A DNA stretch of 63,388 nt, the filler included, from Saprolegnia diclina VS20 (taxonomy: Eukaryota): the NCBI RefSeq assembly GCF_000281045.1. It is 5 parts of 2 records of this genome, joined end to end, with 100 filler letters (N's around TTAATTAATTAA, not from the genome) between each part and the next. Parts side by side here need not be neighbours in the genome. Positions count along the whole stretch, not along the records: positions 1 to 19,401 come from NW_008246120.1; positions 19,502 to 33,453 come from NW_008246120.1; 3 more parts are not named here. The stretch is one strand, 5' to 3'. Position 1 is the first letter of the stretch. Each line of letters starts with the position of its first letter. The position numbers were made by a program, and so were the translations under genes. This document shows positions 10,753 through 22,700 of the stretch, in pieces. Under the pieces are notes generated by a model. That model searched no databases, was not told the DNA's origin, and was given only the letters and a program-made list of their open reading frames with translations.

Positions 10753-12213
10753 ATGGCAAGCGCGGTCCCACACGTCCTCGAGACCATTGCGCGCTTCCTG
10801 CCATCGCACGATGCGCTTGCAGCATTCTTACATGCACTGCCTCGCGACCTCTTGACGCCGTCGATGCAAGCACTCTCTGCGCTGGTCGAGCTCGCACTGG
10901 TGCCGACGCTCGCACTGGACTTCGAGGTTCCGTTGGCCTTTGAGCTCCACGGTCGTCTGTCGCGCGACGTCTGCGCGCTCATCCAGGCAACGCTACCACT
11001 AGCACCGCGTGTGCATGTGCGCTACGCGATCTACGAACGATGCGATGTCGAGCTGCTCGAGAAGTACCTTTGCGACGCGCTCGTCGAGGTCACGATCAAG
11101 TGCAGCTGGCATCCGATGGTCCTCGACGACGCCTTCTTCATGCGCGACACGCTCCTCGCCTGCCCGCGCCTCGAGCGCCTGCGCATTGTGCGCGGCCACT
11201 CGTCAGCGTTGCTGGACCCGCTCTGGCTGAATGCGCTGCTCTCGGTCCTTCCGCGCGTGCGTCATTTTCATTTTCGGGGTTACCGCCTCACGAGCGTGTC
11301 CCATACAGAGTTTGCCTCCGCGCTCCTGGCCTGGCTCGAGGCACCGCAGAGTCTATCACTGGCACTGCGCGACGTGGCGCTCGGTTTGGACCGCCAGGCC
11401 TCGCCGCTCGCGACCGCGCTTGTGGCGGCCATCGGCACGTCGACCTCGCTGCAGTCGCTGCGTCTCCGCGACGTTGATCTCTTCAAATACGGCGTATCGC
11501 ACCTGCCGCCACAGCTGGTGCATCTTGAGTGGGACAAGTACGCGGCGCCGTCGTCGTTTCCACCCACGCTGCCCCGGACGATGGCCCGCGCGCTCCTGGA
11601 AGCCGCCCAGCTACGCTCGCTCGGCTGCGCACAGCTCACAAGCGCCATCGACCGCGACATGCTCCGACCGGCGCTATCGCGGCTCACGCACGCGTCGATC
11701 TTTGCGCCGCAGCAAAACATCCCGCGGCTCCTGCGCGGGCTTCCGCACCTGCGCCACCTCGAGCGACTGGACCTCAAGCGCAACGAGCTCACAACCACGC
11801 AGCTCGAGGCGTTCGTACGTCTCTTGCGCGACTTGCCGCACTTGCGCCACTTGAACTTGGCGGAGAATTCGCTGGAAATGACCGACTTGCAACACATCTT
11901 TGCGGCGCATCTGCCCTTGGCGACGCTCAACGTGGCGTACCATCCGTGTGCTTGGAACCAGTTTGTACATCTCGTACCGACGCTGGTCGACGCGATGCGA
12001 ACAATGACGCGAGTCAATGTCTTTAGTCAGTGGTGGCGCCACGAGCACCACGTCGCGATCCTCAACGCGCTCGCAACGGCGTATGGCGACGGCGCCTTTT
12101 ACGTGTCGTCCCATCGTGGCAGTGCGTCGATAGACGCGAAGACGCAGAGTGTGATCGCGTCGCTCGGCCTTGGACGACAGTGGCAGAAGCCGCAGTGTGC
12201 TCTCCTCTTTTAA
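10753..12213 (+). CDS. RNI-like leucine-rich repeat protein
   Basis: LRR motifs LERLDLKRNEL and LRHLNLAENSL. N-terminus VLETIARFL..DALAAFLHALP is shared with the 37128-38347 pseudogene. First ATG at 10753. Confidence 0.85.
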   Translation: MASAVPHVLETIARFLPSHDALAAFLHALPRDLLTPSMQALSALVELALVPTLALDFEVPLAFELHGRLSRDVCALIQATLPLAPRVHVRYAIYERCDVELLEKYLCDALVEVTIKCSWHPMVLDDAFFMRDTLLACPRLERLRIVRGHSSALLDPLWLNALLSVLPRVRHFHFRGYRLTSVSHTEFASALLAWLEAPQSLSLALRDVALGLDRQASPLATALVAAIGTSTSLQSLRLRDVDLFKYGVSHLPPQLVHLEWDKYAAPSSFPPTLPRTMARALLEAAQLRSLGCAQLTSAIDRDMLRPALSRLTHASIFAPQQNIPRLLRGLPHLRHLERLDLKRNELTTTQLEAFVRLLRDLPHLRHLNLAENSLEMTDLQHIFAAHLPLATLNVAYHPCAWNQFVHLVPTLVDAMRTMTRVNVFSQWWRHEHHVAILNALATAYGDGAFYVSSHRGSASIDAKTQSVIASLGLGRQWQKPQCALLF

Positions 12214-13286
12214 AGACATTTTGACCACGGGTGCAGATACTAATGTCTTATTCCACGAGGAGGACTTCACAATAGGACGGATCTCTTCGTACTCAATCAT
12301 CGGGGATCAACGAGGACATGCCAACGACAAATGTACACTTGGAAACGACATCAGCGCCTCGGACCAACCCACCGTCATAGAAACGGTATATTGCACACAT
12401 TTACATAGTCGGAAGGCTCACGATCGATGGTCGCCGTCGACTACGACGACAGCGGCTTGGTATCGTGTTGCTAATGTGCATCCTGCGCTCTCGTCGCGCC
12501 ACGTATTTCATCGTCACTGCAGCGCTTCCTCGTCCTCATGGGACAGTCGCGGCGCGTTGTCGCCGGCCGTGCGCTGCGTACCACCCACGTCGTCGGCGGG
12601 CCAAGTCATCGTGGACCACAGAAAGGCCATGCATATCATTTCCCGCTGGGACAGGATCTTTCTGACACGGTGCGCGGAGAGCCACCAGTTTGTGGTCGTC
12701 GCGCATAGAGACGTACGTGGCGCCCGCTCTGCGACGCTCCGCTGAAACGAGTGGCCGTCCGCGACGCCACGTAGAGGCCGACTGGTGCTGAACCTTCGCA
12801 GCACCTTCTTCGGTCCATTGATTCAATTCGCAACTTCAACTTGGGCGCGAATAAAAGGCCGTTCATTTTAATGGCCTTCTCCGGTCTTTTCTCTCTCCAT
12901 TTGTATGCCATAAAATAGAAACGACCAGGACGAATTTGCAAAATTTAAAAAACGTCGCGCGTTGCCTGGCTATCTCTGGAGCGGGGTAGGTGTTTTGTAG
13001 CCAATCAGCGCGCGGCTTTGGCGCCGCCGAGAACAAAATCCGCAAAATGACACGGCAACATGGCGCGATGGCGGGTCGTAGCCAATCACCCGCCGATGTT
13101 CGCGATACAAGCCGGCGCGGTGTCTCCATATTTCTCAAAGCGCCGAGCAGTGGCTGCGGTGGGTCGTCTTTACCGTCGGCCACGAAGAAGTGGGGCTCGT
13201 AGTCGCCAACAAGTCGACTAGTACTGACTCTCGCGTGACCAACGCGTCAAAAAAGTGACGTTCCGCTACGCACTCTATCTTTGGGC

Positions 13287-14696
13287 ATGAACCTCGCCCG
13301 CCACTACGCCTCGCCGCTCGAGGGCATGCGGACAGCGTCGCCGCCACCCGGCGCGACCCACCGCGACTTGCCCCGCTTCGACCAGCTCTACGCCAAGCAG
13401 CATCCGCGCGAGACGTCTGCCGTACACTAGCCGCGTCATGGACATATCTAATCGAGGTGCTTGTAGGAAGCCCAGGATCTCTTGCGGTCCCAAGAGCTCT
13501 TTCTGAGCGTCGTCTTGGACTGGCAACGACACGATACGCCGCAGCATGCGCAGGTGCAGCGCGTCCAGCACTACGCCGAGCCCATGTACAGCTCGTCGTT
13601 TGAGAGCTCTGAGGGCTCGGACCACGAAGGCGGTCAAGCGCTCTTGAGCTTTACAAAAGGGTCGCCCAAGCCGATCGTCGACGATCCCAGCCCCACCAAG
13701 TAGGCATTTCGGGACATATTTGGACGAGTCTCTCATATGGCGCGGCCGATACTAGCTTGCCACGGGTGCATCACATGCCACCCAACCACCCTGCGGGCCC
13801 GCCCGCCCTGAGCCTCAACAACCTCCTTCCGGTGCCGTCCAAGAAGATTGGCGTCTACACGCCGCGCTCGCGCCGCGTCCTCATTGAGAAGTACATGGAG
13901 AAGCGCACCAAGGTAGAGTGCTTTGTGACGTTTTCAGATTAAACAGATTTCGATGCGTAGCGCCTGTCCCGGAAGAAGGTCCGGTACCGCGTACGCAAGA
14001 CGCTGGCCAACGCCCGGCCGCGCGTGAAAGGCCGGTTCGTCAAGACCGAGCAGCCGCTAACGGCCGCGGCCGTCGAGGAGATGGAGAAGCGCCAGCAACA
14101 GCCGTCAACTGCCTCCGAGGCCTTTGACTATGTGCACGCGTTTTTCGAGCTCGAGAAGCGGTCCCGGAGCGACGTGGCCGATACGTTGAACAACGTCATG
14201 ACACTCAAGCGGCGGCGCAACCACGACATCAACTGGGAAGAGTACGTGACCTGCTCGTTTCGCTTGCCGAGCTCACGCTAGCGCCACTAGCTTGTCGGCC
14301 AACTTGGAACAGTCGATGCTGGCGCTCCTGCCGCGCCAGCACTGCGAGTCACCGCTTCCCGACGTCCAAGCCGAGCTCATCAATCTGCTCGCCGACGCCG
14401 AAGACGAATGCACCCAAGACGCATACCTCCGCGCGCTCCACGGCTGCGCCTTGTACGTGGCTCTGTGCCTCAGCCTCTACGCGAGCCTTCGACACCCGAG
14501 CTTGTGGGACATGGACGACGAGCCGTCGCCCGTGTTGCACCACTACCTCGCCGACATCAAGCAGCTCTGGCTTCGGCGAAAGACCAAGAAGCAACAAACG
14601 TTTGATGCGTTCGACGGCACGGTGCACGGCCTCGCGGCCGTCATCTGCCTCGGGTACGACGACGCCAAGCGCTACCTCAAGCCCCTCACGCTCTAA
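13287..14696 (+). CDS. CCT-domain (CONSTANS/TOC1 motif) protein, multi-exon; 3' extent uncertain
   Basis: Splicing GT..AG at 13913-13960 joins IGVYTPRSRRVLIEKYMEKRTK to RLSRKKVRYRVRKTLANARPRVKGRFVK, matching the CCT consensus (RY..RK..A..RPR.KGRF). Confidence 0.8.
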
Positions 14697-15075
14697 GGCG
14701 GACGTGCCACTTTGTATTTATGAAATTTCGACTATGTATGAATTGAATTTGTAAACTAATAGCCTAATATATACAATATACTTGCAACAGACAATATTGT
14801 ACACATCCGCACTGATCCAGACAAACGTTCGACCCGCCATGGCACTACTAACTCGCAACTGCTGTGCTTTGGTAGTCGCCTCTCTCGCATCTTTAACCCT
14901 TGCGGACGTGCACTCGCAGCCAGTACAATTTGTCCTACCATGGAGCGTCAACCTTGCCACGCAACAAGATCGCAGCGGCAGAGGCAACAGGCGGGTACAT
15001 ATCCGGATACGATTGACGTAACCGGACGTTACTTTAGCATTGGCGGTCGACTTGCCGTTGATAGCGATCCCGTCC

Positions 15076-16794
15076 ATGACGCTGCTCGTGAAGAAGGTGC
15101 TCGAGCGCGTCCCGGGCGAGCGCCTGGGCATGACGCTCATCTCGCTCAACCCGAATGGTCCGGGCTCTGTCTTTGTCTCGTTTGTGCATCCGAGTACGGC
15201 GGCGGCCCGCGCCAACGTGTGCCCCGGTGCGGCGACGACGACCAGCGCAACGATCGATGATGGCCTCATCTAATGCGGCGTAGGCTGGGAGATCCTCGAG
15301 CTGAACGCGAAAGGCGTCGAGGCGCTCACGGTCGAGAAGATTGGCCAGTACGTGGCGGCAGAGAAGGGCCCGGTACGCTGCGACGAGCGACGTCGCGTGC
15401 TCATCCTGCCTGTCTAGATCACAGTCATCTTCAACAAGGCGCACTCTCAGGGCTATGAGGACTGGAAGAAGAAGAGCTTACAGAGCATCCAAAGCGTCTC
15501 TCGGAAGCGTGCGATGAGCGACGCGCTGGACGAGCCGCCCGAGGTTGCAGTCGCTTCAAGCAAGAAGCCGACGAAAGCTTCGCTCACAAAGACCACACAA
15601 GGACCCGTGACGCGGTCGTCGCCAGCAAAGACGACGAAGAAGGCGATGCGGTCGCCGGAGCCCAAACCGACATCCAAGAAGCACACACCCAAGCCGCCTG
15701 CCGAGCCCGCGGCCGCACCTCACGCCACGCCAGAGCCGAAATCCAAGGTCAAGGCCAAAGCCAAAGCAGTGGCAGCGACAACACCGCCACCAGAGACCAC
15801 ACCGTCCAAGCGACCGGCGACGAAAGTCCCTCGGGGCCAGCGACAGATGAGCGAGTTTGTCGTCCCGATGAACGCCCGTACAACAAGACAAGCTTGCTAT
15901 GAAATTGACTCTTATCTATGGCACTAGCGCCGTCGCCGGAACCCGAAGAGGTGACCGGAACGAGCCGCGCGTCCCGCGCCGAGAACGCCAAGATGAACTT
16001 GGTCCTCCAGCGGCTCATGGGCATGGGCTTCAAGCGCGACGATGCGATTTTGAGCTACGAAAAGACGGGCAGCGGCACGGCCGACCAGTGCATGCTCTGG
16101 CTTGTCACGTATCTCGAAGAACGCAAGTTTCTCGCAGACCTCAACAAGGCGCAGATCGCCTCCGAGCTGCAGAAGCGCACGGACGACTCCCAGCTCAAAG
16201 AAGTACGACCCGGTGATAAATTTTGTCTCACGCCGTCTTCCCATGCTTGTAGAAGGCGCAGGAGGAGCTCCGCGCGACGACGACCTTGCGCAGTCTCTTT
16301 CCCGAGGTTCGGTCATTGAGCTTTGCAATCCACTCATACCCCATGTCTAGTCGGTCGTCTTTGCGACTACGAGTCCGTTGGAGGCCTTCCAGCGCTTCAT
16401 TGACGACGACTTGACCCGGGTCTGTGCTGAGAACCAGCTGCGTACGCTCGTCGCCGAGCTCTTGACGCTCGAAGGCAAGGCCAAAAAGTGGTTTGGCCGC
16501 CCCGCCGAGTGCTATGTCGCACAGCTTTTCGAGACGCTGACCCCGATTCTGACGGCCCACGCGCCACGAACGTGCTGCTGCCACGCGACTGCGGCGTTGG
16601 CCTCGTGCGCGCTCGTGGACAGCGTCGCGACTGAAATCGCGGCCTTGAAGCGCCACTTGTACGCGATGCCCTCAAATACGGGCGGCATCCCCGAGGCCTT
16701 TCTCAAGGCCGACGAGAGCTTGCGGTATACGCTTGACGACGACGGCTTCGAAGTGCTCGACGTCGCCAAGAGCAGTGACGACGACGACGCATAA
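15076..16794 (+). CDS. Multi-exon protein with N-terminal PDZ-like domain, K/P/T-rich linker and UBA-like domain
   Basis: ERLGMTLISLNPNGPGSVFVSFVHP...WEILELNAKGVEALTVEKI (PDZ-like) and LQRLMGMGFKRDDAILSYEKTG..ADQCMLWL (UBA-like MGF motif). Coding exons continue to DDDDA* at 16794. Confidence 0.65.
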
Positions 16795-17054
16795 GACCGA
16801 GTCGACCAGTTGTCGTGATGAGATTTGCCTTCTTTGGTGGGAGTTGCATAATGCCACGGTGGTGGGCTCTGGCGACCAATGTCCCATCCCAAGCATCCTT
16901 CTATGGACCGTATGGGCCAAGGGACCAATAACAGAGTCGTAAATGCCCGTGGGTGCTGGCGACGGCCTGGACGAGTACCGAACGCGTGGGCTAAAAGTAT
17001 CAAGGTATCGATTCGTTTTCGCAACGGTGGTGCTCAGTGGAAGCGACTAGGATC

Positions 17055-17994
17055 TTAGCCGAGGTAGATGCCTTCGCCTGCAAACCAGAGACCGTTGTCG
17101 TTCTTGGTTGGCACAGCGTTGACTTCTTGCTGGCCGACGATCGGGCAGCGCGGACAGTTTTGGTTGTTGAAGCTCGCCGCGTGGTCGCTGTGGAGGTACC
17201 GCTGCGTCTCGACGTGGCGCAAACGCACGAGGTCGTCGCGCGCCCAGCTCGGCGCCGCGCCGTTCGCACACGCTTCGTCGCCGGCCTTGCATTGCATGCC
17301 GCTTTCGCATTCGAGGATCCACGAGTCGCTGCGGTCGCCGTCGCCTGCGACGCCAAAGCCGCTCACCTCGCCAAACCGACCGCTGGAAAGCGGTGACGCA
17401 AAGTTGTGCGAGTGCAGGTTCCGGCGCGTGTTGATGTGTTCGAGGCGGATCGTGGAGCCGCAGGCAATCTTGGCCCCCAAGGTGCACGCGGCTTCGCCGT
17501 CGCCTTCCTTGACCTAGCATGCTTATCAGTATGCATGCGATTGCAGGCAAAGCACGCACCAGCCAGTAGCTGTTGTAGTCGTCGCGCGAGCCATGGGCGG
17601 TCACGGACTGCTGGCCACTGCCCGTGCCATAGTTGACCTCGTGCGAGTGCAGGCGGAAGCGGCTTGCTTCGTGCACGAGCTTGATGGTGCTGCCGCAAGT
17701 GACATACTCCATGCCAGCGGGATAGTGCAATTCGGCGGACGCATCCTCTTTGCACGCGTCGTGGCACGTGAACAGGTGATGTTCGCAGTCGACTTCGCGG
17801 ACGCGCCGCCGGTTCTCGCACTCGCAGTAGCCCGAGCTGCCCGACTGGATCGTCGAGCTGCAAGACGCATCGTACCACGAATCGCGCGGGCCTGCGGGGT
17901 CGCAGCCGGAGGTTGCTCGCCACTTGACACAGCGCGGCTCGTCCGCGACGACCACTGTCGACACGAGCGCCAACGCAATTGCGGCTGCCAGCAT
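17055..17994 (-). CDS. SDF2: SDF2-like secretory MIR-domain protein with extra N-terminal Cys-rich domain (one intron ~17516-17559)
   Basis: Signal peptide MLAAAIALALVST. MIR repeats VTCGSTIKLVH..RLHSHEVNYGTGSGQQSVT, CGSTIRLEHINTRRNLHSH..SPLS and VRLRHVETQRYL..PIVGQQEV; ends WFAGEGIYLG. Confidence 0.9.
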
Positions 17995-18086
17995 CCTCGT
18001 GAAAATGGCCAAGCGTGTGCCAAGTGTTCACACCCCAAGGCTGTATTTAAATACAGTATTTATATTTTCTCGGAGCATTAGAATAC

Positions 18087-18113
18087 CCACGTCAAGATGC
18101 AATTGCCACGTCA
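18087..18113 (-). promoter_or_regulatory. Two TGACGTGG (UPRE/G-box-like bZIP) sites upstream of the SDF2-like gene
   Basis: CCACGTCA at 18087-18094 and 18106-18113, about 95-120 bp upstream of the ATG at 17994. Confidence 0.5.
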
Positions 18114-18397
18114 GTATTTTATTGTCGTGTGCACAACAATAAAATTAACATTATCCGGATTGTATCCGGAAAACGTGTTGCGATCTTTGGCCAGGATACG
18201 CGTCCACAGGTGGCATGCGCTCGGCGTCTGCTGTCCTAGCCAACTGCATGCATGACTTATAGCCCAGCCTTGCACTAAGAAATGCTTGCTCGAGTCGGTA
18301 GAGCTTGAAGCGTGCACGTGTCGACAGATGAAACTCGCCAAGAGCAGGTCCATGACCAGTTTTTAGACGAGTTGATGGTCAGCACAAGGTGTATTCC

Positions 18398-18832
18398 TTA
18401 GCGTCTCGCTTCGATATGCTGCAGCCACGGCTCCTTGCCCTGCATGACCCACGCATTGATGCGTCGCTCTGGCAGCAACGTCGCCACGCCAGCGGCCACG
18501 AGCCCAAACATCGACCCCAGCATACACTTCTTGTGCAGCTTGACGTTGCGCTGCCGGATCGCCTGAATGCCTTTTCCCAGCGACGCCAGCGTCAAGACAC
18601 TGAGCGCGTGGACCGGGCTAAAGCTGCCGCTGGGCAAGAGCTCCGTGACGCCAAAGCTCGTGAGGCACGTGGCGACCATGGAGGCAGTCCAGACGCGGCC
18701 GAGGAGGACGTGTCGCTTGGTGCCTTTCTTGGTGGCGAGGACAATGGCGCCGAGAACGCTGGCAGGCACGACAGCAGCCAGGTGCAGCGCGAGGGGCATG
18801 TGGACAGGCGCCTTGTCAGTGGCCGATGTCAT
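18398..18832 (-). CDS. Small membrane protein, DUF2306-like, intronless
   Basis: Four hydrophobic segments with KKGTKRHVLLGRVW, FSPVHALS and HKKCMLG..GLVAAG..TLLPERR, recalled as typical of bacterial DUF2306 proteins (not database-checked). Confidence 0.75.
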   Translation of the reverse strand: MTSATDKAPVHMPLALHLAAVVPASVLGAIVLATKKGTKRHVLLGRVWTASMVATCLTSFGVTELLPSGSFSPVHALSVLTLASLGKGIQAIRQRNVKLHKKCMLGSMFGLVAAGVATLLPERRINAWVMQGKEPWLQHIEARR

Positions 18833-19445
18833 GAGGTCCCTTCACCTTTCAAACTGACCCAAGAATGGAGGGAGGATCCACGGGCGGATCTACAGTGCAC
18901 GCCATCTGTAGACTACCAAATCGCCTTTTTTGTAACAATTTCGGCTCGGGCCTTATCCGGATCCGTCGCATAGTAAAACTAGCATAAGCCGGATAGTAAT
19001 TTTAATAAAATAGATAAAATGGTGTAATAAAAATAATAAAATAGTAAAAGCGATGAAAAACAATCGAGCGATGGTCCTGTTTCGTAGCAATTTGGCTGTA
19101 GAGCCCCAACTTTGAACGCCGATAACTTGCTCAGTTTTTCGATTTATTGCAATCCGTTCTTATACATCGCTTCCTATTGGACAGAACAGTCGATTTATAA
19201 CGTCCTTTTCGTAGAAAAAGGTGTATTCATAGCTGGGATACAAAAGTTTTGGACCCCATTTAGCTGGTAGGGTACAGGTGGCGTGCACTGTACTAAGACT
19301 AAATTACATGTTGATGATGGCTACAGTCATCCGACGTATCCGGATGATTTCGCGAAATGCGGGATCAGCCACTTCAACTTTGGCGTTTGTCCACCAATGC
19401 ANNNNNNNNNNNNNNNNNNNNNNNNNNNNNNNNNNNNNNNNNNNN

Positions 19446-19457
19446 TTAATTAATTAA
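19446..19457. other. Artificial assembly linker TTAATTAATTAA (also 33498-33509, 59410-59421, 62295-62306)
   Basis: Identical six-frame-stop 12-mer centred in N runs four times. Confidence 0.97.
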
Positions 19458-19752
19458 NNNNNNNNNNNNNNNNNNNNNNNNNNNNNNNNNNNNNNNNNNN
19501 NCTCGCGGGGATGGTCTGTCACCGACGGCGTCGATACGTCGCGTCACTCGCCTCTAGCGATACGTAAAATAGGGTCCAATGGCACCTGGCAGCGTTGCAT
19601 ACGTGAGGTAGCACTTTTGTTAGCCCCAGCCCTACTAGAACGCAGCGGTTCAGACAGATAAGGACATAGGATGCACGTGAATCAACGCAAAGTCGATTTA
19701 CGTTGAGCGCCCTCTTACTCGATCCTGTCGAGCTCCATTTTCGACCCTCACG

Positions 19753-22700
19753 CATGGTTGAAGCAAGCGGGCGAAACGCTGAGCGGGTGCCGTTGTTCGT
19801 TGTCGCCTGGCTGAGCTCACGTGCCGTTGGCAGCACCGACCAATCCAACAACGTTCGAACAAGCGGGTTTTTCGAAGTGGAACACGAGCGCCACGACCAC
19901 ACACAGCGCAGGCCACATTCTCATGCACGTAAAAGCAACAACGTCCTCGCGCCTCTCCGAGACGGACCAGGACTCGGATGAAGAGCGCTCGCGCAGTACC
20001 AACCTTGCAGAGCTCCTTTGCCGCGGCAAACACAATGTCGTGCTCACTCACCTTGAGCAAGTCATCCTCGACCGCGACGCGCTCATGGTCGAGTATGAGG
20101 TGCCTCCAAGCACCATGCCACAGCAGGTCTTAGGTGGGTGTAGGGCCAACCACTCTTGCACTGGGCGGTTGCTAACGGGCATGACGACGTTATCGCGCAA
20201 TGGCTTGCGCGCCCCGAGCTCGCACTTGACTGTGATGTGCGATGTCGGATGCATACAAGAGCACGCATGTGACCCACGATATTAGACTCAAATGCGGCTC
20301 GCGCTCACAGCGATCAAGCGGTATCGACTGTCGATCCTAAAGCTACTCGTGGTGGCAACTCCTGCCGTGCTGACAACGCCCGCGGTACGTCATATTCGTC
20401 AGCTTCACACCGCATAAGGTGCATGGCATTAGCGGCACCTCGACGACGACGAGTTTCTTGACGTCGTTCAAGGAGACTCGCTTGCGCATGTGGCGGCCCG
20501 CGTGCGCGCCAACACGGAGCTCTCGTGGCTTGTCGCACACTACCCTTCGTTCTTGGCGGCGCAGAATCAAGTACCACGACCTTGGTACACGATCGCAGCA
20601 CACCGGGTGGTGCTAGGCAGGGGCGACGCCGCTCCTTGTTGCGTGCGGCGCGCAAAACATGGGCGGTGCACTGCTGCTCGTGTCCGCGGGCGCCGATGTC
20701 CACGTTGTCGACAACGTACGCCAACAACAAACAGATCATGGGTACAATATCGTCGTTGGCTTGTAGGACGGCAACACGGTGCTGCATGCGGCGATTGCCT
20801 CGATGGACCCAAAGTTGGACGACCATGTGGCCTTTGTGTCGCGGCTCCTCGTGCGCTGCTATAGCGTTTCGCTGGCCATTCGAAACGCGGTGCGAACTCT
20901 CTGCGCGACGAAAGTGGAGACTATTGTCTTATAGGACGGTTTGTGCGCGTCCGAGTACGCGGACGAGAGCGACGACATGTTGACGTTGCTGGAGAAAGAG
21001 ACCGAGTTACAGACCTCGTACCCACTTCACTGCATTGCTCGTTGTAACGACGCCAGTGCGTTTCAAACATGGCTCTCCACGATGCTTGGGCCCGGAGACA
21101 ACGACAAAAAAGGCCAAGTCGACGCGATAGCAACGGCGCTGTCTGTCCCGGACATGGTAGTTGCCACGACAATATTGTACCGACGGGATTTTGAAATTCG
21201 AAATAGGACGGCAAGACGGTCGCCATGCACGCCGTCGAAGCCATCGATAGCACTGCACCGGTTCAAGTCGCGGACCTACTCTTGCGCTATTGCACGCGGC
21301 ATATCTTGACGCTACAAGACATGGTATCGCGGGCGTCCGACTTGCCGAGCGTTATTTTGGTGCCTGTAGAAAGAACGTACCGTCATGGAATGCCTCTTGG
21401 AGAAGGACCTGGTCTGCACCGAGAACCTCGACGGCGCCACCAACGAAGCGGCGCTCAAGACACTGCAACTGCTCATACACATCAAGCGACTACCGCTCGA
21501 CTATACGCGAAATGTACTCGTTTACAGATCGAAACATCCACCCGATTCGCTTTGCGTAGACCAAGGTACCGCAGCAAGGCGCGCCACCGCGAACGTGCGC
21601 GGGCATCTGCCTCTCGGCGCGCAGGGCAAGCGACGCCAACCTCGCACGCCTCGCCGCCGAGAAGAGGTGGGTCGAACTGCAGCGCCAGCTCGACGCCACT
21701 TCCGACATGGCGACAATCAACGACTTTGATGCGCACGTACGGCCCACCGCGATCGAATAGTACCTCCTGGAAACCTACTAGGGACGTACCGCACTGCACT
21801 ACGTCTGCGCGTATGGCCACGACGGCCTCTTGGCGCACCTGCTGCTGCAGACCAAGCTCGACATTGCGATCAAGACGCGGCTTGTAGGTCCCCCATTTTG
21901 ATGGCTTGTCGAGCTGTGTCGTAGACGGACCAATCGGCGCTCTTTCTTGCCTTCCTCGCCGACCATGCGGCGTGCGTACGTCTTCTTCTCCAAGCCGGTG
22001 CGCACCACGAACTCGAAGCGACCTTGTTTCCGGTACAACCACTTGTGGAGCGGTCGCTCGACCGTTGAGAGATAGGCTCAGATCGAGCAGCTCCGTCAAG
22101 AGGCGGTGGCTAATATGTATGCAAGCCAAGTACTGCGATGCGACAGCTGGAACCTGGAGCGCACATGCCCCGAATACCATCGTGTACGCCTCTTGAGCGT
22201 GAACGACGCAGAGCAATGCCTGCAGGTATTTAGTCGACGCGGCTTCCACGGACAAGCAGTGTCTGTAGGCGAAAAAGACAGCGCTGCACATTGCGACTGA
22301 GAAACAACTGCCCACATCCATCGTCGAGCAGCTTTTGGCCACCAAGCGCAGTGACGTGAACGCGCAGTCGACGGCAAGATGGATGCAATATGGCAGTCGT
22401 CTTCATGCCTGTCGCTGTAGGAAGGAACGTCGGCGCTCATGCTGGCGGCTGCGCACGGCAACATGACGCACCTCGCGTTGCTCTTACGGCATGGCGCCGA
22501 ACTCGATCTTGTGGATACGGTACGATAGCTAAAGACTCTTGAGTCTCCACATTGGGGACACTGTGGTAGAACGACTCTACAGCGGTACTTCACGCCGCGG
22601 TGCATGGCCATTTGGACGTTGTCGAGCTGCTATTGGTGCGCCGCGCCGACCTCGATCCCAAGCAGGTACGTCTTGGTGTACACCTAACCCTACCTTGAAA

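Noticed and set aside
12400..12830. GC-rich patch with overlapping short ORFs
   Set aside because: No consistent spliced model or motif could be built.
19446..19457. TTAATTAATTAA repeated four times
   Set aside because: Artificial contig linker inside N runs, not biological. Adjacency across these linkers was not interpreted.
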